DNA from: Mobula hypostoma | Taxonomy: Eukaryota | Assembly (NCBI RefSeq): GCF_963921235.1 | Contig: NC_086097.1 | Span: 139,130,001-139,190,000, forward strand | Direction: 5' to 3' | DNA length: 60,000 bases | In this document: positions 40,653 through 51,605 of the stretch, piece by piece | Numbering within the stretch: the stretch's first letter is position 1 | Layout of the letters: each line of letters begins with the position of its first letter | The notes under the pieces: generated by a model | Database searches by the model: none | What the model was told of the DNA's origin: nothing | Seen by the model: the letters and a program-made list of their open reading frames with translations, nothing else | Program-made: the position numbers and the translations under genes

Positions 40653-43030
40653 CAACAGGAATTCTGCAGATGCTGGAAATTCAAGCAACACACATAAAAG
40701 TTGCTGGTGAACGCAGCAGGCCAGGCAGCATCTCTAGGAAGAGGTGCAGTCGACTAACTGAAGGAAGAGTGAGTAAGGGATTTGAAAGTTGGAGGGGGAG
40801 GGGGAGATCCAAAATGATAGGAGAAGACAGGAGGGGGAGGGATGGAGCCAAGAGCTGGACAGGTGATAGGCAAAAGGGATATGAGAGGATCATGGGACAG
40901 GAGGTCCGGGAAGAAAGAGAAGGGGGTGGGGGGGGACCCAGAGGATGGGCAAGGGGTATATTCAGAGGGACAGAGGGAGAAAAAGGAGAGTGAGAGAAAG
41001 AATATGTGTGTAAAAATAAGTAACAGATGGGGTACGAGGGGGAGGGGGGGCATTAGCGGAAGTTAGAGAAGTCAATGTTCATGCCATCAGGTTGGAGGCT
41101 ACCCAGATGGAATATAAGGTGTTGTTCCTCCAACCTGAGTGTGGCTTCATCTTTACAGTAGATGAGGCCGTGGATAGACATGTCAGAATGGGAATGGGAT
41201 GTGGAATTAAAATGTGTGGCCACTGGGAGATCCTGTTTTCTCTGGCGGACAGAGCGTAGGTGTTCAGCAAAGCGGTCTCCCAGTCTGTGTCGGGTCTCGC
41301 CAATATATAAAAGGCCACATCGGGAGCACCGGATGCAGTATATCACCCCAGCCGACTCACAGGTGAAGTGTTGCCTCACCTGGAAGGACTGTTTGGGGCC
41401 CTGAATGGTGGTAAGGGAGGAAGTGTAAGGGCATGTGTAGCACTTGTTCCGCATACACAGATAAGTGCCAGGAGGGAGATCAGTGGGGAGGGATGGGGGG
41501 GACGAATGGACAACGGAGTCGTGTAGGGAGCAATCCCTGCGAAATGCAGGGGGGGGGGAGGGGAAAGATGTGCTTAGTGGTGGGATCCCGTTGGAGGTGG
41601 CGGAAGTTACGGAGAATAATATGTTGGACTCGGAGGCTGGTGGGGTGGTAGGTGAGGACCAGGAGAACCCTATTCCTCGTGGGGTGGCGGGGGGATGGAG
41701 TGAGAGCACATGCACGTGAAATGGGGGAGATGCATTTAAGAGCAGAGTTGATAGTGGAGGAAGGGAAGCCCCTTTCTTTAAAAAAGGAAGACATCTCCCT
41801 CGTCCTAGAATGAAAAGCCTCATCCTGAGAGCAGATGCTGCAGAGACGGAGGAATTGCAAGAAGGGGATGGCGTTTTTGCAAGAGACAGGGTGAGAAGAG
41901 GATTAGTCCAGATAGCTGTGAGAGTCAGTAGGTTTATAGTAGACATCAATGGATAAGCTGTCTCCAGAGACAGAAACAGAAAGATCTAGAAAGGGGAGGG
42001 AGGTGTCGGAAATGGACCAGGTAAACTTGAGGGCAGGGTGAAAGTTGGAGGCAAAGTTAATAAAGTCAACGAGCTCTGCATGCGTGCAGGAAGCAGTGCC
42101 AATGCAGTCGTCGATGTAGCAAAGGAAAAGTGGGGGACTGATACCAGAATAGGCACGGAACATAGATTGTTCCAAAAACCCAACAAAAAGGCAGGCATAG
42201 CTAGGACCCATACGGGTGCGCATAGCTACACCTTTAGTTTGGAGGAAGTGGGAGGAGCCAAAGGAGAAATTATTAAGAGTAAGGACTAATTCTGCTAGAC
42301 GGAGCAGAGTGGTGGTAGAGGGGAACTGATTAGGTCTGGAATCCAAAAAGCGTAGAGCTTTGAGACCTTCCTGATGGGGGATGGAAGTATATAGGGACTG
42401 GACATCCATGGTGAAAATAAAGCGGTGGGGGCCAGGGAACTTAAAATCATCGAAAAGTTCAAGAGCGTGAGAAGTGTCACGAACATAGGTAGGAAGGGAT
42501 TGAACAAGGGGGGATAAAACCGTGTCGAGGTATGCAGAAACGAGTTCGGTGGGGCAGGAGCAAGCTGAGACAATAGGTCGGCCAGGACAGGCAGGTTTGT
42601 GGATCTTGGGTAGGAGGTAGAAACGGGAAGTGCGAGGTGTGTGAACTATAAGGTTGGTAGCAGTGGATGGGAGATCCCCTGAGCGGATAAAGTTGGTGAT
42701 GGTGTGGGAGACAATGGCCTGGTGCTCCTTAGTGGGGTCTCGATCGAGGGGTAAATAAGAGGAGGTATCCGCGAGTTGTCGCTGTGCCTCGGCAAGGTAG
42801 AGGTCAGTACGCCAGACTACAACAGCACCCCCCTTATTGGCGGGTTAAATAATAAGGCTAGGATTAGTGCGGAGGGAGTGGAGAGCAGAGCGTTCCGAAG
42901 GAGTGAGGTTGGAATGGGGACAAGGTGCGGTGAAGTCGAGACGGTTGATGTCCCGTCGGCAGGTAGCAATAAAGAGATCCAGAGCAGGCAGAAGACCAGA
43001 GCGGGGTGTTCCAGAGCAGGCAGAAGACCA
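40653..43030 (-). mobile_element. 5'-truncated Penelope-like retroelement (RT + GIY-YIG), 14-bp TSD
   Basis: 41903..42409 MDVQSLYTSIP...QTKGVAM.TRMGPSYA...YIDD; 41053..41949 C-terminus CYTCPY...VIYCIRCSRCGLLYIGET...RFAEH. GAAGATGATGTTGA at 40639-40652 and 43031-43044, single-copy in the empty site of Tigger copy 1 (~18113). Confidence 0.95.
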
Positions 43031-43865
43031 GAAGATGATGTTGAAAAGGTTTTGGCATCCCATGACCAAGATCTGATAGATGAAGAGCTGATGCAATTGG
43101 AAGAGGAAAGGATAACAATCAAAACCAAATGCAGTAGCGAAAGTGAAGCAAATGCGTGAGATTTTCTCTGCAATGATAAAGTACGACTTTAATTTTGAAA
43201 GGATACGTAGGTTTAGGGGATATTTGCAGGATGGTTTGAGTGCTTACAAAGAACTGTGTGATAGAAAAATGCGCAAGGCTCAGCAGTCAAGCAAGCCTTC
43301 CACATCAGCCACAGCAGACGATGAACCTCGACCTTCAACATCGAGGCGGGCAGTCATAGGAGAAGAATATGAGCTGCCTGCCCTGATCAACGATGAGATG
43401 ACACCCTCATGTCCCACCACCCCAACCGCCGGGCCACCAACAGATACTGTACCGATTCGCGGAGAATGCAACGGTAGCCGGGAGGCACACAGCACATTTT
43501 TAAGAAAAAAGCCGAAATAAACATGCTAATTAATTAGGTGCAACCTAGCACATAATTGTCGGCTCAGATCAGAGGCAATGCAATCGGCAATCCCCTCTGA
43601 TCTGCGCCAACATTAACGTGCTGGGCAGCACCTAATTAATTAGCATGTTTATTTCAGCTTTTTTCTTAAAGATGTGCTGTGAGCCTCCCGGCTACCACTG
43701 CGTTCTTCACGGCAATGTATCAGTCGGCGGCCCGGAGGGTGGGGGCCACTGCGCTACCCAACCTGCGACGACTCAGTCTAACACACAATCATCAGTGTGC
43801 TCGGCGCTGTTTTCCCAATTCCGGTAAGTGATACTACATTATACATACATTATTTCTACTTTATA

Positions 43866-45372
43866 TAGTCATAGTCATACTTTATTGATCCCGGGGGGAA
43901 ATTGGTTTTCGTTACAGTTGCACCATAAATAATAAATAGTCATAGAACCATAAATAGTTAAATAATAATATGTAAATTATGCCAGTAAATTATGAAATAA
44001 GTCCAGGACCAGCCTATCAGCACAGGGTGTCTGACCCTCCAAGGGAGGAGTTGTAAAGTTTGATGGCCACAGGCAGGAATGACATCCTATGACGCTCTGT
44101 GCTGCACCTTGGAGGAATGAGTTTCTGGCTGAATGTACTCCTGTGCCCACCCAGTACATTATGTAGTGGATGGGAGACATTGACCAAGATGGCATGCAAC
44201 TTAGACAGCATCCTCTTTTCAGACACCACCGCGAGAGAGTCCAGTTCCATCCCCACAACATCACTGGCCTTACGAATAAGTTTGTTGATTCTGTTGGTGT
44301 CTGCTACCCTCAGCCTGCTGCCCCAGCACACAACAGCAAACATGATAGCACTGGTCACCACAGACTCGTAGAACATCCTCAGCATCGTCCGGCAGATGTT
44401 AAAGAACCTCAGTCTCCTCAGGAAGTACAGACGGCTCTGACCCTGCTTGTAGACAGCCTCAGTGTTCTTTGACCAGTCCAGTTTATTGTCAATTCGTATC
44501 CCCAGGTATTTGTAATCCTCCACCATGTCCACACTGACCCCCTGGATGGAAACAGGGGTCGCCGGTACATTAGCTCTCCTCAGGTCTACCACCAGCTCCT
44601 TAGTCTTTTTCACATTAAGCTGCAGATAATTCTGCTTACACCATGTGACAAAGTTTCCTACAGTAGCCCTGTACTCAACCTCATCTCCCTTGCTGATGCA
44701 TCCAACTATGGCAGTCATCCGAAAACTTCTGAAGATGACAAGACTCTATGCAGTAGTTGAAGTCCGAGGTGTAAATGGTGAAGAGAAAGGGAGACAAGAC
44801 AGTCCCCTGCGGAGCCCCAGTGCTGCTGATCACTCTGTCGGACACAGTGTTGCAAGCACACATACTGTGGTCTGCCAGTTAGGTAATCAAGAACCCATGA
44901 CACCAGGGAAGCATCCACCTGCATCGCTGACAGCTTCTCCCCCAGCAGAGCAGGGCGGATGGTGTTGAACGCACTGGAGAAGTCAAAAAACATGACCCTC
45001 AGAGTGCTCGCTGGCTCGTCCAAGTGGGCGTAGACACGGTTCAGCAGGTAGACGATGGCATCCTCAACTCCTAGTCGGGACTGGTAGGCGAACTGGAGGG
45101 GATCTAAGTGTGGCCTGACCGTAGGCCAGAGCAGCTCCAGAACAAGTCTCTCCAGGGTCTTCATGATGTGGGAGGTCAATGCCGCCGGTCTGTAGTCATT
45201 GAGGCCGCTGGGGCGTGGCATCTTCAGCACAGGGACGAGGCAAGACGTTTTCCACAGTTCAGGAACCCTCCGGAGCCTCAGGCTCAGGTTGAATACATGG
45301 CGAAGTACTCCACATAGCTGTGGGGCACAGGCTTTGAGCACCCTGGTACTGACACCATCCGGTCCTGCAGCC
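43866..45372 (-). mobile_element. Young 5'-truncated Rex1 LINE
   Basis: ORFs 44715..45341 and 44017..44718 (LNDYRPAALTSHIMK, FFDFSSAFNTI, QKFSDD, LQLNVKKTKELVVD); AATAAA followed by a (TATGAC)n tail. Confidence 0.93.
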
Positions 45373-48300
45373 TGTGTATTTTTGTGTGTTATTTGGTAGA
45401 TTTGGCAGCTTCATAGCTTAAAGGTTACTGGAGTGCGCGTTTATGCCAACAGCACTTGCGTGAGATTTTCTGCCGGGAGCGCTTGCGTGAGATTTTCTGC
45501 CGGGAGCGCTTGCGTGAGATTTTCGCTACGGAGATCTGTGCAGGCAATCGTTGTAGAGAAGTATTTCTACTTTATATAGGCTGTGTATTTATCATATCAT
45601 TCCTGCTTTTACTATATGTTACTGTTATTTTAGGTTTTATGTGTTATTTGGCATGATTTGGTAGGTTATTTTTGGGTCTGCGAACGCTCACAAGATTTTC
45701 CCATATAAATAAATGGTAATTGCTTCTTCACTTTACGACATTCCAGCTTACGAACCGTTTCATAGGGAGCTCTACCTTCGGATGGCGGAGGAAACCTGTA
45801 TAGCAGTGTCATCAGCAAACTTAAATATGGCCTTGGAGCTGTGCTTTGCCACTATCATAAGTGTAAAGTGAATACAGCAGGGGACTAAGCACACAATCTT
45901 GTGGTGCACCCGTGCTGATGGAGATGTGGAGATGTTGCTGCCAATCTGAACTAACTGGGATCTGCAAGTGAGGAAACTGAGGATCAAATTGCACAAGGAC
46001 ATATTGAGACCAAGGTCTTGAAGCTTACTGATCAGTTCTGAGGGGATGGTAACATTGAATGCTGAGCTGTAGTTGATAAAGAACATCCTGAACTATGCAT
46101 CTTTGCAGTCCAGATGGCCCAGTGTTGAGTGAAGAGCCAATGAGATGGCATCTGTTGTAGACCTGTTGTGCCAATAAGCAAATTGGCGCAGCTCCAAGTC
46201 GCTTCTCAGGCAAGAGTTGATATATTTAATCTCCAATCTCCCAAAACACTTCATTACTGTGGATGTACAGCAAGTGTTACTGGACGACAGTCACGGAGGC
46301 AGGTTACCATGTCCTTCTTAAGTCATTGGTATAATTGAAGCCCAAGAACACGGTAACCTGCCTCGATGACTATTGTCCAGGACCTTGAATCAAGTGGGTA
46401 CATCAGACCGCTGAAGCAAGAGTTTCAAGATCTCAGTGAACACTTCAGCTAGTTGGTCAGCACAGGTCTTTAGCAGTCAGACAGGTACATCATCTGGGAC
46501 GGATGCTTTCCATGGGTTCACCCTCCTGAAGGATGCTCGTGCATTGGCCTCGGCGACAGAAATCACAGAATCTTCGAGGACTAAGGGAGTTCGTGATGGC
46601 TCCTCTGTGTTTTGATGGTCAAAGCGAGCATAGAAGGCATTGAGATCAGGTGTGTTGTGATTGTGTATATGTATACCCATTAAAGGATGAGCATGTGACT
46701 CTTATATAAAAAATTTATTTTTGCATAGCTTTTCATCGTATAATTATGTATCATAATTATCACTATGACAAAGCATCTTTGAAGCAAGTTACTGGGGATT
46801 CCACTCAGACGTGTTCCCTTCACAGAATGTACATTCTCCCTTTAAATGGACCTATAGATGTATAGGTCCATTTAATGGTATACATGTATATACTTGACGA
46901 CTTGACTAAACCAGGAAAATTTACACAAAGGTTGGCAACAGGCAAGAAATGCTAAGGTTTTAATGAGCAACGGAAACCACAAAGGAGAAATCTTTAATTC
47001 AACTGCTAATCTTAAACTTGGCTTTCATGCTAGGCAGTCTTCAATTTTAAATACACCCTGGGAAGCTTGGCTTCACCCACGAGGCAATAAATTTGCTTTT
47101 CAATTACTACAGAGTTAAAGAAGCAAACTAGCTTCCTTATTTCTTATTTTTAAAACTGAACCACTATCTCCCAGCAGCCAAGATTTCTATACTTTGCTTT
47201 AATCAGGGACAAAGATCTTACTGGCTGCCCTGTTCCAATGGGTACAAGGAACTTAGAGGATGCAAAGTAACATGGCTTTAGATTTTGATTGTGAATTTAT
47301 ATTGCCTAAACATTACACTTTTCTAAGATATGGTTATTATAGAAATTTATTCCCAATTTAGGGACAGTGACAAAAGCTGACAGATTGGCATTAAGTAGGC
47401 AACCTCAATTTTCCTGTGTTGTAGTGGGCAGTAACAATTAATCAACAGAAGTTGAACTTGCTATTGTATTTCTTCTCTAAATATATCATAAAAATGCTTA
47501 AGATTAACACACTTGACCTTGGACATTTATTTATGAGCCATAATTAAAACCTTATTTAATAGAGCAAGCTAGAAAGTCAACACTTCTACAAAAGAATTAA
47601 GGTGGTAAAGAAAATACTATTAAAATAACCTTTATAAGATGAAAAGAAAGGCAGTATGTAAGGAATTAAGTTCTGTAGAAATTAATTTGCATCATAAATC
47701 ATGATGCTACACCTACACTAATAACTGAAAGATTTTTATACTTTAAATATATCAAGGGATATTGGTGTTTAGTACAGTATAAATGGAATTGAGCTAAAAA
47801 GATCAGCCTTGGTCTTATCAAATGGTGTTTCAATAACCAGTCCACTCCTGCTACTATCTCTTACATTCTTAAGATCAATATTAGCTACTTAACTCTTTTG
47901 ACAGAATTATAGTCATATAACACATGACTCTAACTTATCTGTGATGTTCTGTAGTGAGTATAATACATTCTGCAGCTTCTTGCATTCCTGCACAAACTGC
48001 TGTACCAGACTATAACGAAATGTGTCAGAATACTTTCAACAGGTTACATCTGTAGAGGTTTATTGTTGTCCATTGGCAAGTCAAACCTCCTCAGCTTAAC
48101 AAAGTAAAGATGTTGGTGTTCTATAGGAGGCATTACCTCAAGAAAGCAACAATTATCAAAGATTCCAACCATGCCCATCTGGACCATGCCATCTTCTTCA
48201 GCTCCACAGGCTAGCAGTATAGAGACCTGAATTCCCACACCACTAGTTTCAAGAACAGCTACTTCCCTTAAACCATTCACCTCCTGGACCAATTGGCACA

Positions 48301-49229
48301 ACCCTAAACCACAAAAGTTTAGTAGCAATGTGATAACTTTCCACTTTATACTTTGTGTTTGAGACTTTTGTTCTTGTAAAAATTATGTATAATTACTGTC
48401 CCACTTATGTTTTCCTTATGAATGCTGCTCATATGATGCTATGAGCAGAAATGACCTGGCAAGTGTAGATTGGGTCAGGCTGTTTTCTGGCAAAGGTGTA
48501 CTTGGTAAGTGAAAGGTGTGGGAGGCATGGCCTGGGTGGTGAGGATCTTTGATGATGGATGCTGCTTTTCCACTGCAACATTTCATGTAGATGTGCTCGA
48601 TGGTTGGGAGGGTTTTACCTGTGATATACCGGGCTGAATCCACTACATTTTGTAGGATTTTCCACTCAACGGCATTGGTGTTCCCATGCCAGGCCATGTT
48701 GCAGCCAGTCAGCACACTTCCCACCACACATCTATAAAAGTTTGCGAAGGTTTTCAATAACATGCTGAACCTCTGCAGACTCCTGAGGAAGTAGAGGTGC
48801 TGCCATGCTTTCTTCACAAATATATTTATATGATGGGTCCAGGACAGGTCCTCTGAGATAGTAACACCCAGGAATTTAAAGTTACTGACCCTCTATACCT
48901 CTGATCCTCCAATGATTACTGGCTCATGGACCTCTGGTTTCCCTCTCCTGAAGTCTACAGTCAGTTCTTTGGTCTCATTAACATTGAGTGAGAGTTGCTG
49001 CTATTGCACCACTCTGCCAGATTTTCAGTCTCCCTCCTGTATGCTGATTTATCATCACCTTTGATACAGCCCACAACAGTATACTTAGACACACAGCCAT
49101 AAGTATAAAGCAAGTAGAGCAGGGGGCTAAGCACACATCCCTATGGTGCTCCTGTGCTGATGGACATTGTGGAGGAGATGTTTTTTCCCAATCCGAACTG
49201 GCTGGGCTCTACAAGTGAGAATCCAATTA

Positions 49230-51557
49230 CAAACCCCATTTCCAGAAAAGTTGGGATATTTTCCAAAATGCAATAAAAACAATAATCTGTGATATGTTAA
49301 TTCACATGAACCTTTATTTAACTGACAAAAGTACAAAGAAAAGATTTTCTATAGTTTTACTGACCAACTTAATTGTATTTTGTAAATATACACAAATTTA
49401 GAATTTGATGGCTGCAACACACTCAACAAAAGTTGAGACAGAGTTAAAATAAGATTGAAAAGTGCACAGAAAAGTCATGCTACTGTGACAATTATAGTCA
49501 CCTGGGCTCGGGAGTACTTCGGAAAACCATTGTCACTCAACACAGTCCGTCGCTGCATCCAGAAATGCAACTTGAAACTGTATTACGCAAGGAGGAAGCC
49601 ATACATCAACTCTATGCAGAAACGCCGGCGAGTTCTCTGGGCCCGAGCTCATCTCAGATGGACCGAAAGACTGTGGAACCGTGTGCTGTAGTCAGATGAG
49701 TCCACATTTCAGCTAGTTTTCGGAAAAAAACGGGCATCGAGTTCTCCGTGCCAAAGATGAAAACGACCATCCAGATTGTTATCAGCCAAAGGTGCAAAAG
49801 CCGGCATCTGTGATGGTATGGGGGTACATCAGTGCCCATGGCATGGGTGAGTTGCATGTATGTGAAGGTACCATTGACTCTGAGGCGTATATTAGGATTT
49901 TAGAGAGACATATGTTGCTATCAAGGCGACTTCTCTTCCCGGGACGTCCATGCTTATTTCAGCAGGACAATGCCAGACCACATTCTGCACAGGCTACAAC
50001 AGCGTGGCTTTGTAGACACAGAGTGCGTGTGCTTGACTGGCCTGCTGCCAGTCCAGATCTACCTCCTATTGAAAATGTATGGCACATCATGAAGAGGAGA
50101 ATCAGACAACGGAGATGACGGACTGTTGAGCAGCTGAAGTCTTCTATCAAGCAAGAATGGACAAAATTTCCAATTGCAAATCTACCACAATTAGTATCCT
50201 CAGTTCCAAAATGATTAAAAAGTGTTATTAAAAGGAAAGGTGATATAACACAATAGTAAACATGCCTCTGTCCCAACTTTTGTTGAGTGTGTTGCAGCCA
50301 TCAAATTCAAAATTTGTGTATGTCATAGTCATAGTCATACTTTATTGATCCCGGGGGAAATTGGTTTTCGTTACAGTTGCACCATAAATAGTAATAGAAC
50401 CATAAATAGTTAAATAGTACTATGTAAATTATGCCAGTAAATTATGAAATAAGTCCAGGACCAGCCTATTGGCTTAGGGTGTCTGACCCCTCCAAGGGAG
50501 GAGTTGTAAAGTTTGATGGCCACAGGCAGGAATGACTTCCTATGACGCTCTGTGCTGCATCTCGGTGGAATGAGTCTCTGGCTGAATGTACTCCTATGGC
50601 CACCCAGTACATTATGTAGTGGATGGGAAACATTGACCAAGATGGCATGCAACTTGGACAGCATCCTCTTTTCAGACACCACCGTCAGAGAGTCCAGTTC
50701 TATCCCCACAACATCACTGGCCTTACGGATGAGTTTGTTGATTCTGTTGGTGTCTGCTACCCTCAGCCTGCTGCCCCAGCACACAACAGCAAACATGATA
50801 GCACTGGCCACCACAGACTCGTAGAACATCCTCAGCATCGTCCAGCGGATGATAAAGGACCTCAGTCTCCTCAGGAAGTAGAGACGGCTCTGACCCTTCT
50901 TGTAGACAGCCTCAGTGTTCTTTGACCAGTCCAGTTTATTGTCAATTCGTATCCCCAGATATTTGTAATCCTCCACCATGTCCACACTGATCCCCTGGAT
51001 GGAAACAGGGGTCACCGGTACCTTAGCTCTCCTCAGGTCTACCACCAGCTCCTTAGTCTTTTTCACATTAAGCTGCAGATAATTCTGCTCACACCATGTG
51101 ACAAAGTTTCCTACCGTAGCCCTGTACTCAGCCTCATCTCCCTTGCTGATGCATCCAACTATGGCAGAGTCATCCAAAAATTTCTGAAGATGACAAGACT
51201 CTGTGCAGTAGTTGAAGTCCGAGGTGTAAATGGTGAAGAGAAAGGGAGACAAGACAGTCCCCTGTCGAGCCCCAGTGCTGCTGATCACTCTGTCGAACAC
51301 ACAGTGTTGCAAGCACACGTACTGTGGTCTGCCCGACAGGTAGTCAAGAATCCATGATACCAGGGAAGCATCCACCTGCATCGCTGTCAGGTTTTGTATG
51401 TTTACAAAATACAATTAAGTTGGTCAGTAAAACTATTAAAAATCTTTTCTTTGTACTTTTGTCAGTTAAATAAAGGTTCACGTGAATTAACATATCACAG
51501 ATTTCTGTTTTTATTGCATTTTGGAAAATATCCCAACTTTTCTGGAAATGGAGTTTG
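49230..51557 (+). mobile_element. Tc1 (DD34E) transposon with ~210-bp TIRs, N-terminally deleted; Rex1 inserted in the right TIR
   Basis: TA flanks at 49228-49229 and 51558-51559; termini CAAAC(C/T)CCATTTCCAGAAAAGTTGGGATATTTTCC; SDES motif at ~49692; FQQDNARPH...IENVW with D34E spacing. Confidence 0.92.
50324..51394 (-). mobile_element. Young 5'-truncated Rex1 LINE, same family as 43866-45372, ~7-bp TSD
   Basis: Uninterrupted ORF 50410..51414; (TATGAC)n tail; TGTATGT at 50317-50323 and 51395-51401. Confidence 0.93.
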
Positions 51558-51605
51558 TACATAAGGGAGATTGCCCAGGTCTTGGAGTTTACTGATTAGT
51601 TATAA

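Larger units (their letters stand above)
40249..45798 (+). mobile_element. Non-autonomous pogo/Tigger-like element (copy 2) carrying Penelope and Rex1 insertions
   Basis: TA at 40247-40248 and 45799-45800; same termini as copy 1; MSSKVSEKPERARKGVTLSIKLDIIKHFDHGE is a CENP-B/Tigger-type N-terminus. Confidence 0.88.
39385..46660 (-). mobile_element. Degraded Rex1/Babar LINE (39385-40246 and 45801-46660) hosting a nested TE cluster
   Basis: 45772..46086 SSAFNVTIP...IFKFADDT; 46477..46680 PDLNAFYARFD...NPWKASVPD. The coding remnant continues left of 40246. Confidence 0.82.
48520..51605 (-). mobile_element. Degraded Rex1/Babar fragment (48520-49227, resuming 51560-51605) interrupted by Tc1
   Basis: ORF 48416..48817 LYFLRSL...FYRCVVGSVLTGC...SIIKDPHHPGH; ...atccaat-TA[Tc1]TA-cataaggg continuity. 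Confidence 0.8.

Noticed and set aside
40475..40993. 172-aa ORF as a novel chimeric protein
   Set aside because: It is a chance fusion of the Tigger N-terminus with the antisense, purine-rich Penelope UTR; no expression evidence.
8315..43030. Opposite-orientation Penelope copies flanking the 155-bp exon as a circRNA driver
   Set aside because: The copies are diverged and 13-18 kb from the exon, and a closer minus-strand copy in the same intron (19625-20360) would compete for pairing.
45455..45524. 27-bp tandem repeat (about 2.6 units) resembling a CRISPR-like array
   Set aside because: There are no unique spacers; it is a minisatellite inside the Tigger derivative, with two units in copy 1, in a eukaryotic genome.
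50410..51414. 334-aa ORF as a domesticated RT gene
   Set aside because: It is a 5'-truncated Rex1 whose start codon comes from flanking Tc1 TIR sequence; the open frame is explained by young age.
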